Assembly: GCA_965222375.1 (NCBI GenBank)
Contig: CBDCTZ010000003.1
Location: forward strand, 1 to 64,000
Direction of reading: 5' to 3'
Length of the DNA: 64,000 nt
From: Polyangiaceae bacterium
Lineage (GTDB): Bacteria; Myxococcota_A; Polyangia; Polyangiales; Polyangiaceae
This document shows, piece after piece, positions 17,781 to 26,875 of this stretch. The notes beneath the pieces were generated by a model. The model was not told the DNA's origin, did no database searches, and saw nothing but the letters and a program-made list of their open reading frames with translations. A program made the position numbers and the translations under genes. Positions within the stretch are counted from its first letter, which is position 1; every line of letters starts with the position of its first letter.

Positions 17781-19238
17781 ATGGCCGTTGCGCAAGGGAC
17801 CTGTCCGAGCTGCGGAGCACCGATCGAGTTCGGCGTTGGCTCTTCAATCGCCAAAGTATGTGAGTACTGCAGCGCGACGGTCGTCCGTTCGGATCGCGGC
17901 CTAGAGAACCTGGGTAAGGTCGCCGACCTGGCAATGACCCCGTCGCTGATCGCCATTGGAGATCAGGGCACTCTGGGCGGCCGCCCCTTTGAAGTCCTTG
18001 GCCGGGTGCAGCTGGATCACGGCAAGGGCCCCTGGGACGAGTACTACGTCACCTTCGACCACGGCCAGAGTTGGGGCTGGTTGGCCTACGCTCAAGGGCA
18101 TTGGTACGTCACCCAGCAAGTACCGGGGCTAGCGGTCCCTCCTTACGACGCCCTGCATCCGGAAATGGATATCGACCTAGGCGCCGCCGGCTTCTTCCGC
18201 GTTGCGGAGGTGAAGACGGGCACCATCGTCAGCGGCGAAGGCGAACTCCCCAATGCCTTCCCGCCCGGCTTCCAGAGATACTACGCGGACGCCTACGGAC
18301 AACAGAACGCCTTCGCCACCCTCGACTACGGCGACAACTCGGGCACCTACACGGTCTTCACGGGTTGGGTCTTCGACGAACCTCAGATGGAGGTCACCCA
18401 GCTCGGGGAGCGCACTGCCAACAAGGTCAAAGCCCAACAGATCAAATGCCCTAGCTGCGGCGGAGAAATCCCCAAGCTAGCGGGGGATCGCGCGGAGCGC
18501 GTTGGCTGCCCCTACTGTGGAGCGGTAAGCGACATCGCGCTGCAACAGGTCGTCGCTCAGCAAGAGCGAATGATGCAGACCCCCGCTATCCCGATCGGAT
18601 CCCGGGGAACCTTCGAAGGGGTGGAGTACGTCTGCATTGCCTACAATCGCCGCAGTTCGGACTTCGAGGGCGAGCGCTATAGTTGGGAGGAGTTCCTGCT
18701 CTGGAGCCAGCCCGTGGGCTACCGCTGGTTGGTCAAAGATCCGGAGACGGGTTGGAGCTGGGTCACCTCGGCGAACATTGCGGAAATCGACCTGACGGGC
18801 ATGCCGGGTCAAGCCGGTTGGGGAGGCCGCACCTTCACGCAGCGCAATACGAATGTCGCCCGGGTCGACTACGTACTCGGCGAAGTGTATTGGAAGTGTG
18901 AAATCGGCGAGACGACGCATGTCAGTGACTTCGTCAACGGCAGCGACGTGTTGTCTCGAGAAGAGGGCGCGGGGGAAGTTCGCTGGAGCTATTCCGCAAC
19001 TATGCCCTGGCCGATCATTGCAGGCGCTTTTGGCCTGCCCGTAGATGGCCCAGGCGCCGTCGCGGCCAGCGGCGCTGGGGACGGAGGCTCCGGCTGTGGT
19101 GGCACCGCACTGATCATGATCATCATCATCATGATCCTGCTGATCTGCATGCTGGGCGCGTGCGGTTCGTGCCTGGGTGGTAGCGGAGGCAGCAGTGGCT
19201 ACCGCGGCGGTTCCGGCGTCTACAGCGGCGGAAAGTAA
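17781..19238 (+). CDS. DUF4178-type protein with two Zn-ribbon pairs and C-terminal TM/Gly-rich tail
   Basis: CPSCG..CEYC and CPSCG..CPYCG pairs, duplicated WDEY/WEEF domain, VDYVLGEVYWK, tail GGSSGYRGGSGVYSGGK. Confidence 0.85.
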   Translation: MAVAQGTCPSCGAPIEFGVGSSIAKVCEYCSATVVRSDRGLENLGKVADLAMTPSLIAIGDQGTLGGRPFEVLGRVQLDHGKGPWDEYYVTFDHGQSWGWLAYAQGHWYVTQQVPGLAVPPYDALHPEMDIDLGAAGFFRVAEVKTGTIVSGEGELPNAFPPGFQRYYADAYGQQNAFATLDYGDNSGTYTVFTGWVFDEPQMEVTQLGERTANKVKAQQIKCPSCGGEIPKLAGDRAERVGCPYCGAVSDIALQQVVAQQERMMQTPAIPIGSRGTFEGVEYVCIAYNRRSSDFEGERYSWEEFLLWSQPVGYRWLVKDPETGWSWVTSANIAEIDLTGMPGQAGWGGRTFTQRNTNVARVDYVLGEVYWKCEIGETTHVSDFVNGSDVLSREEGAGEVRWSYSATMPWPIIAGAFGLPVDGPGAVAASGAGDGGSGCGGTALIMIIIIMILLICMLGACGSCLGGSGGSSGYRGGSGVYSGGK

Positions 19239-20787
19239 CGAGCCGCCTCCGGGTTATCGCCTGGAGAGCGATCGCGTCGACACGTCCCGCGCCAGTGCGC
19301 CATTGCTGGCCTATCTGTCGCTTATGATCGGTACGGGGCTAGCCACCTGTCATCAGCTCTCGGTCGGGTTGACTCAGGCATATGTGGACCCGGTACACCC
19401 TACGGCGAGCAGCCACGCGGGGCTGTTGTGCGCGGTGTCCGCCGCTATCGCAGCCCTCAGCGTCCGCTCGCATCGCATCCTGGCCCTGGGGTTGATGCTC
19501 ACGGCAATCTTCACAGCGCTAGCTGTCCCCGCCATCTACTTCGCGTTCGAAGCGGGCGTCGATCTCAGCCTCTACGTCGCAGGGGTTTCGGCCGGCAGCG
19601 GACTCCTGATCGGCGCCCTGGTCAGCGCGGCACTGCGGCACTTCGGCAAACCCGCACGCCAGCTCGACGCCGTGGGCTTGGCGCTGCAGCCCTTCGGTCT
19701 GGTGCTGTCCCTGATTCTCGGCGCCGTCGCCGTCGCCGCTTTCGGGATTGTGGGTCCTTGGCGCGCAACCGCGGTGCTGTCCCTAGTGCTTTCTCTACTT
19801 TGCGCGTGGACGCCCACCCAGCACGCTCAACTGGGAGCGCGAGGTGCGACTGGACGACTACCTCTAGTTGTTGCTGCCTTGGGCTTTTGCCTGGGCTTGA
19901 CCAGCCTGGTATCCGCAGAGCGCTTCATTCCTCTGAAGAACCTCGCAGCCCACTCCAACACAGTGGTGTACCGCGCTCACGGCAGGGACATGCAGCTCGT
20001 CGTGACCAGCGGGCAGAACGCCTTCGAGCTGTACGTGGATGGGCGCCTACGCGTCTCCACCATCGACTCCCATCGTTACTACGAAGCCCTCGTGACCCCC
20101 GCCCTGGCTGCAGCGCCTTCCCCGAAGCGCGTGCTGATCTTGAATGCGGGAACCGGCCTCGCCGAAAAGGAGGCGCTGCGCTTTCCGGGCGTGGAGAAGG
20201 TCACCGCAGTCTGCCCGGAACCAGCACTGGTGCGAGTGGCATCCAGTCTGCGCTTCCTGCGCGAACGTGGTTCCGGCGCGCTCGCCTCTCCGCGCCTCGA
20301 ACTGGTCTTCGACGAACCCTTGGTGTTTGCCCAGCGCAGCCAGCAGAGCTTTGACGTGATCATCGTGGACGCGCCGGATCCCCTGCGCGTCGCCGACGGC
20401 GCCGCCTATAGCGTCTACTTCTACAACCAGCTGAAAGATCGGCTCGCTGCTGGCGGAGTGCTCGTGGCCCAGGCCACCAGCCCCTTCGCGACTCCGAAAA
20501 CCTACGCCACTGCAGACAGCGGTCTGAAGCAGGTCGGCTTTTCCACCGCCCACTACCGCGCAACCGTGCCCACCTTCGGGGACTGGGGCTTCCTCTTGGC
20601 GTCCGTCGGTGCGCGCCCCCAGGTGCCCTGGGACAAACTCGCATCGCAGCTCGTCGCATCTCGTCGAGAAAACCTACAGGCCTTCCCCCTCGACGCCCGC
20701 ATCGAGGAACCGCCGCCGCCCAGTCACCTCTACGACGGACGCATCGTGGAGGTCTTCGCCGAAGAGCGCGCTCGCACTGGACTGTAG
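19177..20787 (+). CDS. Membrane-bound spermidine-synthase-like (polyamine aminopropyltransferase fold) protein, degenerate motifs; true start uncertain (first ATG 19324)
   Basis: About 7 TM helices, then LYVDG..D.HRYYEALV.P, RVLILNAGTG, FDVIIVDAPDP, YSVYFY, QATSP, VPTFGDWGF. Confidence 0.8.
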   Translation: MVAEAAVATAAVPASTAAESNEPPPGYRLESDRVDTSRASAPLLAYLSLMIGTGLATCHQLSVGLTQAYVDPVHPTASSHAGLLCAVSAAIAALSVRSHRILALGLMLTAIFTALAVPAIYFAFEAGVDLSLYVAGVSAGSGLLIGALVSAALRHFGKPARQLDAVGLALQPFGLVLSLILGAVAVAAFGIVGPWRATAVLSLVLSLLCAWTPTQHAQLGARGATGRLPLVVAALGFCLGLTSLVSAERFIPLKNLAAHSNTVVYRAHGRDMQLVVTSGQNAFELYVDGRLRVSTIDSHRYYEALVTPALAAAPSPKRVLILNAGTGLAEKEALRFPGVEKVTAVCPEPALVRVASSLRFLRERGSGALASPRLELVFDEPLVFAQRSQQSFDVIIVDAPDPLRVADGAAYSVYFYNQLKDRLAAGGVLVAQATSPFATPKTYATADSGLKQVGFSTAHYRATVPTFGDWGFLLASVGARPQVPWDKLASQLVASRRENLQAFPLDARIEEPPPPSHLYDGRIVEVFAEERARTGL

Positions 20788-20796
20788 GCGTCGAGG

Positions 20797-21963
20797 TCAG
20801 GGCGCGGGGCTGGCGCTTTCGGCGCGCCTCGTCCCGCAGCACCGGAAGCCCAGATGGTAATTCAGGTGGCTGGTCGCGCTCGCGACTCGGCCCGAGTGCC
20901 ACGCCGGCGCCCGCCAGCGGCAATCATCCTTGTGGGTGCTGACGCCACGCAGGAAGACAAACCAGCTTCCCTTCATCTCCGTTTCACCCAGGCCGCCGCG
21001 ACTCGCCAGTTCCGCAGGCTTCATGGGCAAGTTCATGTGCTCGGCGGCGTTGCCATGCTGGTCATAAACACCGAAGCTGCTCACGCACTTCGGAAAAGCC
21101 CCCGCGGGGTAGGTATTCGAGCCGCAGCTTTCCCAGCCGCCGCCTCCGCAGCTAGAGCTCTTCGCAGATCCCGTCGCGCACAGGGAATGATCCTGCTTGT
21201 CCCCGTAGGCCCATAGGATCTCGCGATCCTTGTTCTTGAAGTACTCCATTTCGATCCGCCGGGGGCGGTCCCAGAGATACTCCTTTTCCGCCGGTAGCAG
21301 CTTTCCGGCACAGGCGCCTTCCCATTCGTGGGCGTCACACAAGCGCTTACCCACGGCCTGGCAAAGATCCGAAGCCTGCCGTGCCGATGGGAAGACCACT
21401 GGGTACTCGCAGGGGATGTTAGGAAATTCGTATTGGTCGATGCAGACGGTGGCCCCAGCCTCGTCCTTTCCGATGGGCGACATGTAGGGAGCGCCGCAGC
21501 GCTTCTCGTTTTCCGCGAACTGCTCGAGCTGTTCCTCGGAGTGTAGTCCCGCAGCCTCTCGTCTCTCCCAGCACTTGGAGCGAGTCATCGGGTGCTTGCT
21601 GATCTTGGGGTTGCCCTGGCTGAGCAGCTTGGAGCCTTCGAATATGGAGCGCACCTGGGCAAGGGCTCCTTCGGGCAGCGCGAGTTCCTCCGCCATGCGC
21701 GCAAACAGTCGCGCGCGTTGATCCGAAAGCTTGTCCGGCAGCGCATCGTCCGGCCGCTTCGGCGCGACCCGCTTCGGCTTTTCCGGTGTCAGCGGCGCGC
21801 TCGCCGAGGGCGCCGCGCTCGGCAGAACCGGTGGCTGCCCTCGCACCCCTTCCACCGGCCCGCTCCCCGGCGACCGCCACTTCAGCACCGCCAACCCCGC
21901 ACCCGCTGCGCCCACGAGCGCAATCGCGACAGCGAGGCCGATGCGCAGTGCAGAACGAGACAT
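20797..21963 (-). CDS. SUMF1/FGE-sulfatase (formylglycine-generating enzyme-like) domain protein
   Basis: CIDQYEFPN, GKRLCDAHEWEGAC, CVSSFGVYDQHGNAAEH, GFRCC; N-terminal TM anchor. Confidence 0.85.
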   Translation of the reverse strand: MSRSALRIGLAVAIALVGAAGAGLAVLKWRSPGSGPVEGVRGQPPVLPSAAPSASAPLTPEKPKRVAPKRPDDALPDKLSDQRARLFARMAEELALPEGALAQVRSIFEGSKLLSQGNPKISKHPMTRSKCWERREAAGLHSEEQLEQFAENEKRCGAPYMSPIGKDEAGATVCIDQYEFPNIPCEYPVVFPSARQASDLCQAVGKRLCDAHEWEGACAGKLLPAEKEYLWDRPRRIEMEYFKNKDREILWAYGDKQDHSLCATGSAKSSSCGGGGWESCGSNTYPAGAFPKCVSSFGVYDQHGNAAEHMNLPMKPAELASRGGLGETEMKGSWFVFLRGVSTHKDDCRWRAPAWHSGRVASATSHLNYHLGFRCCGTRRAESASPAP

Positions 21964-21982
21964 GGCCTGAGACTACAACGCG

Positions 21983-22227
21983 TCCTTGGGCGGAGGGTAC
22001 GGGCAACGAGCTCGTGATGTTCGTGTCTGGTTTTTGGGGTCGCGTGCTCTGGTGCGACGCTGGTGCCCTAATCTAGTGCGTTCCCGCGCTAGTGCGCCGA
22101 CGCAGTCGGCACGCTCAGCGCGGCCCGATACGGGAATAGTGGCCCGGATCCGCCCCAAGGAACCGACCCAAAATCAACCGGACGATCTCGGAACCGCTGC
22201 TCGCAAGCGCCGTGTGAGTTGCCCGTA
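21983..22227. ncRNA. Candidate structured RNA or palindromic element (nested inverted repeats)
   Basis: Arms 21998-22007/22218-22227 (perfect 10 bp), 22025-22042/22164-22183, hairpin 22084-22123, plus 21983-21994/22149-22161. Confidence 0.35.
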
Positions 22228-22270
22228 GTTCGGGGATGACGTTGACGTCAATAGATGTTGAGCTTGGCGC

Positions 22271-23602
22271 GTGTGGTGGAAGAAGGAGTACGAGTCCATG
22301 GGGTGGGTCGGATTCCCAGGCACGCTGTTGCCGCCGGTTGAGTCCCTCGGAAGCCTGGCCGAGATCGGCGTGAGCTACGAAGCTCTGCCTGCCGCTGAAG
22401 ATGTGCGCTGGCGAGCGCGGCTACGTCACGATTCCTGGGGCGAAGCGGAAGTGTTCGCTTTCCGCGGTCTGACCAGCTTGCCCAAGGAACTCGTTGCCAT
22501 CGCGCCGAGCGCGACCGCAGCCGACAAGGCGATGGCGGGGAGGGCAGATTGTGGCCTCCTGGTGCGAGCCAGGAGCCGCCAAGAACATCTGCTGCGAGAT
22601 CGCAAAGACATGCTGCGATTCATGCGGGCGTTGTTGGGGGATGCGGGCCTCGTCGCGATCGATCTCTGTTCTTGGCTGCATTGGTCCCCCACCACCCTCG
22701 ACGACGAGCTCAGCCACGGTGCTCCGCTGGATATCGACCAAGTGCACTGCTTGCACGCGGTGAGCGGAGACGATGAGCTGTCGACGGATCCCTCACCCTC
22801 CGACAAACCCGTCGAGTGGTTGCATTCCCATGGTCTCGGGGATATCGGCTTTGTCGATTTCGACATCTTGCGCCCTGGCCAAGAAGTGATGGAAAACCAG
22901 ATGGACTTGGTTCGCGCGCTGGGTTTCGCCATCGTCGAGGGGGCTACGAGCGGCACCGTGGAACTGGTGATCCCATCGCGGCGCGTCGAATTGGTCGATG
23001 TTGCGTCGTTCAGCGAACGGGCCAGCGACGCTGACCTAGCAGTGCGTCAGAGCGAAGGCCACGACCAACGTCGCGTCATCGTCTGCGATCCGCCCGGCTC
23101 CGGAGGGCTCCTGTCCTGGTTCGGACGCAAGAAGGACCAGCCGCGGCCCGCGCGACTGTTCAGAGAGGGAATGAAGGAGGGTCGGGACCTCGTGCACTTC
23201 AGCCTGACGGCGACGGAGCTGATGGCGGAGCGAGCACGAGAGACCGCGGCGGCGTTCGACAGCCTCCGCCAGGAGTTCGAATGGTTGGACGCGAAGGGCC
23301 TAGTGAAACTCGGCTACCCTGTCGATGGCGGCGACGGCTCAGATTCTGCGCGAGAGCACATCTGGTTCGAAGTCCACGGGCTCGACGTAGACGGGGTCGA
23401 TGCGACCTGCATCAATCAGCCCTTTGACGTGGCCCGCCTGAGCGAGGGCCAGCGTGGACGGCACTCCCTGGAGCTGCTCTCGGACTGGACCATCCTGACA
23501 CCCGTAGGAAACATCACGCCACGTTCGCTGGGAATTGGCCGGAGCATTCGAGAAAACGAAACGGAGATCCGCAAGCTGCTCGAGGAGGCTCGCAGCGAGT
23601 GA
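22271..23602 (+). CDS. DUF4026-like protein
   Basis: CLHAV..WLHSHGL..DFDI, C-terminal VKLGYPVD..REHIWFEV..CINQP..SDWTI.TP.G.ITP. Confidence 0.75.
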   Translation: MWWKKEYESMGWVGFPGTLLPPVESLGSLAEIGVSYEALPAAEDVRWRARLRHDSWGEAEVFAFRGLTSLPKELVAIAPSATAADKAMAGRADCGLLVRARSRQEHLLRDRKDMLRFMRALLGDAGLVAIDLCSWLHWSPTTLDDELSHGAPLDIDQVHCLHAVSGDDELSTDPSPSDKPVEWLHSHGLGDIGFVDFDILRPGQEVMENQMDLVRALGFAIVEGATSGTVELVIPSRRVELVDVASFSERASDADLAVRQSEGHDQRRVIVCDPPGSGGLLSWFGRKKDQPRPARLFREGMKEGRDLVHFSLTATELMAERARETAAAFDSLRQEFEWLDAKGLVKLGYPVDGGDGSDSAREHIWFEVHGLDVDGVDATCINQPFDVARLSEGQRGRHSLELLSDWTILTPVGNITPRSLGIGRSIRENETEIRKLLEEARSE

Positions 23603-23621
23603 CGGGCGTCCGGCTCGAGGC

Positions 23622-24335
23622 TCAAGGTTTCGCCGGTTCTGGGCGCCCGAACTTCAGCGCCACGGAAGCGAAGGCCTTGGCTGCGTAGAGGGCGTTCACC
23701 GCGACGTACGGCAGTAGGTACCACTCGAGATGGCCGCTGATGGCGACGTAGAGAATGTAGGACGGGTAGTGGATCAAGAACTTCGCGACTCGTTCGACCA
23801 GACCGATCAATCGCTTGATGAGGCTAGGAGCTTTGGCGGCGGCGTCCGAAGGCGGAGGCGCTATTTCCGGGCGGCGCTGGAAGGTCGTGATGGCGATACC
23901 GGTGGACAGACACACCAAACCGCCGAGGCCGATCAGCAGGTAGGTCTCGCTATCGTGCATGCGCCACAGCCGCACGGCTGCTGCGGCCAGGATCATGAAC
24001 GCTTTGATCTCGTCCATGAGAAAGTCCAACAGATGACCGCTAGTCGACTGCTGGTTCCGCCACCGCGCCAACATGCCGTCGGCGCAATCGAGCACATAGG
24101 AAAGCTCGTACACGACGATGGCGCTCACCAGTCCCAGATGCCCAGGCAGCGCGATCAGGAGAGCGGCCGCGACGAGAGCGACAACAAAGGCCGCGAGGGT
24201 GATCTGATTCGGGGTGACGCGGCTGTCTTTCAGCGCCGCGACGACTATCGCGGCCAAGGGGCGACACACATAGGTATTCCAGAACAAATCCGGGCGTTTA
24301 CGGGTGCGCTGGTAGACCTCCGAGATGGCTCCCAT
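23622..24335 (-). CDS. CDP-alcohol phosphatidyltransferase family protein
   Basis: TPNQIT and DCADGMLAR..SGHLLDFLMD signature. Confidence 0.92.
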   Translation of the reverse strand: MGAISEVYQRTRKRPDLFWNTYVCRPLAAIVVAALKDSRVTPNQITLAAFVVALVAAALLIALPGHLGLVSAIVVYELSYVLDCADGMLARWRNQQSTSGHLLDFLMDEIKAFMILAAAAVRLWRMHDSETYLLIGLGGLVCLSTGIAITTFQRRPEIAPPPSDAAAKAPSLIKRLIGLVERVAKFLIHYPSYILYVAISGHLEWYLLPYVAVNALYAAKAFASVALKFGRPEPAKP

Positions 24336-24423
24336 GGCTGCCGGGACGTTAACAGACAACGCGCGCCGCGCTCGAAATTCCTGGGTTTTCGTCCTGGAGA
24401 AGCTCAGCGACTACCCTGCGCCC

Positions 24424-25290
24424 ATGGGCTCGTTTCGTGCTCCGTCCGTATCTGCGCTCGTGATCGCAGCGGTGGGACTGAGTGCGGCATTGCTGTCTCA
24501 ATGCGGCGGCAGTGGGCGGGCGGGCGTACCGCCATCGCCACCTTCGCCCTCGACGGGTCCCGAGACCCACCCCAAGGCGACGGCAGCAGCCTCGACTTCG
24601 AACGTCAGCGCCCACCGCGACGCAGCCCATGGGCCGCCGGACGCATCAGATTCAGGCAAGCGAGCCTCCGCCCCGGCTCCAGTTCAGGTCGCAGCACTGG
24701 GGGATTCCCTGACCGACATGAGCGTCGGTGGTGGCGGCTACCTGAAGTATCTGCGCAAGCGTTGCCCCAAAAGCAGCTTCGACGACTTCGGCAAGGGTGG
24801 TGACATGGTCAACATGATGCGTCGTCGCTTCTTGAGGGACGTCATCAGTGAGGAGGGCAAGAGCGCCAATGGCAAGCACTACAGCCACGTCATCGTGTTT
24901 GGAGGGGTCAACGACCTGTACAGCGATCTGACCGCGGGCCGGACCGTGGCCAAGATCGGGCGTGACCTGAGCCGCGTGTATCGGGCGTCCCGCAAGCACG
25001 GAGCCCAGATTGTGGCCATCACCGTGGCGCCCTGGGGCGGCTTCACCAAGTACTACAATGCGCGGCGCGGTGGCGCGACGCTGCGACTGAACGCTTGGAT
25101 CGTCGAGCAGAAGGCGGCCGGGCAAGTCGATCACGTGATCGACGCCTACCCGCTGCTGTCCTGTGGCAAGCCGACCCACATTTGCGCAAACTACGCCCAC
25201 CCCATCCGGGACGGCCTGCACTGGGGCAAGCAAGGCCATGAAGTATTGGGCAAAGCCCTCTACGAAACCGTCTTCTCGGGCTGCCGCTGA
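24424..25290 (+). CDS. SGNH/GDSL hydrolase, exported
   Basis: ALGDSLT, GGVND, DGLH blocks. Confidence 0.9.
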   Translation: MGSFRAPSVSALVIAAVGLSAALLSQCGGSGRAGVPPSPPSPSTGPETHPKATAAASTSNVSAHRDAAHGPPDASDSGKRASAPAPVQVAALGDSLTDMSVGGGGYLKYLRKRCPKSSFDDFGKGGDMVNMMRRRFLRDVISEEGKSANGKHYSHVIVFGGVNDLYSDLTAGRTVAKIGRDLSRVYRASRKHGAQIVAITVAPWGGFTKYYNARRGGATLRLNAWIVEQKAAGQVDHVIDAYPLLSCGKPTHICANYAHPIRDGLHWGKQGHEVLGKALYETVFSGCR

Positions 25291-26066
25291 GCCAAGCCGA
25301 GCAGGCGCCGCGCCCCTCCGAGCACCGCATCCGCGCCACGCGCAAAGGCGATGGCTGCAAAGCCATGAGCCAAGACCGCAATCGGAGGCGGAACCTGCTC
25401 GGTGTAGTAGATCCAGCACATGCGGCTCGTGCCCCAGTACTCGAGGAAGATCCCGAGGGCTGCGCCGGAAAGGAATACGAGCACGTCGCGCCGGGGCGCC
25501 GGGCTGTACAACGCGAGCGCCGCCATCAACGCGAACACCACTTTGGTGGAAAGCACGCCGCGGGCCGGCCAGGAAAAGGCGATCATGCCGACGACGAAGG
25601 CCGGCACCATCAAGTAGAACGCAACACGGTAGGCGTTCGTCAGCCGCGGCGAATCGCCCTTGCCGTATCGTGCTTCGACGCGGGTCGCGATGCGGCCGAA
25701 CAGGCCTCCAATGCGATCCGTCGACAGCGCTGCAATGGGCCACGCGGGTAGGATCCAAAGTGGTGGGCGCTCGTCGGTGAAATAGCGCCAAAGCCCGGTG
25801 GTCGTGCCCCACCACTCGATCACGAAGCCGCCGCAGAGCCCGACTGCGAGCAGTGCCAGATCTCGACGTGGCGACACGTTGTAGGCAATCAGCGCCGCCA
25901 TCACGACCCAGATCCCGAGCAGCAGCACGTCGAGCTGCCCATTGGTGTCCAGCAGATCGTTCCAGTGGTAGCCGACCGCGGTGCCCGTACCGACCAGCAA
26001 GAGCAGGGCCCACAGGCTACGGCGATCGTAGCCGCGGCGAGGGCTGGCGTGGGTTAGAGCGGGCAT
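25260..26066 (-). CDS. Integral membrane protein with internal duplication
   Basis: Two copies of PRRD..G..G..E.WGT....W.Y.T.E.PP (EWWGTTTGLWRYFT / EYWGTSRMCWIYYT). Confidence 0.75.
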   Translation of the reverse strand: MPALTHASPRRGYDRRSLWALLLLVGTGTAVGYHWNDLLDTNGQLDVLLLGIWVVMAALIAYNVSPRRDLALLAVGLCGGFVIEWWGTTTGLWRYFTDERPPLWILPAWPIAALSTDRIGGLFGRIATRVEARYGKGDSPRLTNAYRVAFYLMVPAFVVGMIAFSWPARGVLSTKVVFALMAALALYSPAPRRDVLVFLSGAALGIFLEYWGTSRMCWIYYTEQVPPPIAVLAHGFAAIAFARGADAVLGGARRLLGLAQRQPEKTVS

Positions 26067-26242
26067 GCTTCGGGGCGGCAGGGAGGATATTTTCTTCGGG
26101 CCACACGCGCAAATCGCCCCCGCTCGGGCAAGCTGAGCCCCGGCCCCGCCGGACGCAGAATTGGCCGCCCCAGGCCCACTTTATGCGCCAGATTTCGTGG
26201 CTGCTGACAGCCATGGCGGGCTTTGCTAAACCCCGAGCCCAC

Positions 26243-26866
26243 ATGGCCAAAGCTGCAGCCCGAAAAGGTCCCCGCCCCAAGCGCGCCGCCGAGCCCGTCC
26301 CCGTCGCGAGCGGATGGTTCTGGATCGCAGCCGTTTTGGTGGCCGCGATGGTGGTGCTCCCCTTTTCGCCGATCTCGAACTGGATTGCGCCCAAGGCTCC
26401 GGAAAACCACGTCGTTGCCCAGTGGCAAGTTGGCAATACGTCCAAGGTTCGCGTGACCTTGATCACCGCGGATTTCGGACTGCTCAGTTGCGCTTCGGAG
26501 ACAGAGGCGGACGGAGCGCACTGCGCGAACAAGTCTGAAACCGAAGCTTGGCCCGCAGATCCGACCCAGCCCCTGAACGACAACAAATCAACGATCATCC
26601 AACCTTTTCGAACTTGGCCGGACAATCAGTTGATTCTGATCGCTGGGCTCTGGGCTGAGGCAAACATGGCGCTCAGGCTGCACCGCGAGCCGAGCGCCGG
26701 TGTGGATTCGAAAAAACTCTCGCGCTTCGTTGCGGAGTGCGAGGTGAAGTTCATCGGCAAGATCGACAAGCCCAAGCTGCGCTGGAACCCCGGCGGGCCG
26801 TGGCAACCCGAAAACAGCACGGTCGTTGTGGCGCGGCCGATCTCCTGCAAGATCGACGAAGCCTGA
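26243..26866 (+). CDS. Hypothetical membrane-anchored protein
   Basis: Basic N-terminus, one TM helix, four-Cys soluble domain; coding-like codon bias. Confidence 0.7.
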   Translation: MAKAAARKGPRPKRAAEPVPVASGWFWIAAVLVAAMVVLPFSPISNWIAPKAPENHVVAQWQVGNTSKVRVTLITADFGLLSCASETEADGAHCANKSETEAWPADPTQPLNDNKSTIIQPFRTWPDNQLILIAGLWAEANMALRLHREPSAGVDSKKLSRFVAECEVKFIGKIDKPKLRWNPGGPWQPENSTVVVARPISCKIDEA

Positions 26867-26875
26867 GTCGCCCGG

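Noticed and set aside
24652..26013. Many long alternative-frame ORFs (e.g. 24652-26013, 1035-2003, 23730-24803, 57686-58696)
   Set aside because: Shadow ORFs typical of high-GC DNA: Arg/Pro/Ala-rich, no motifs, overlapping well-supported genes.
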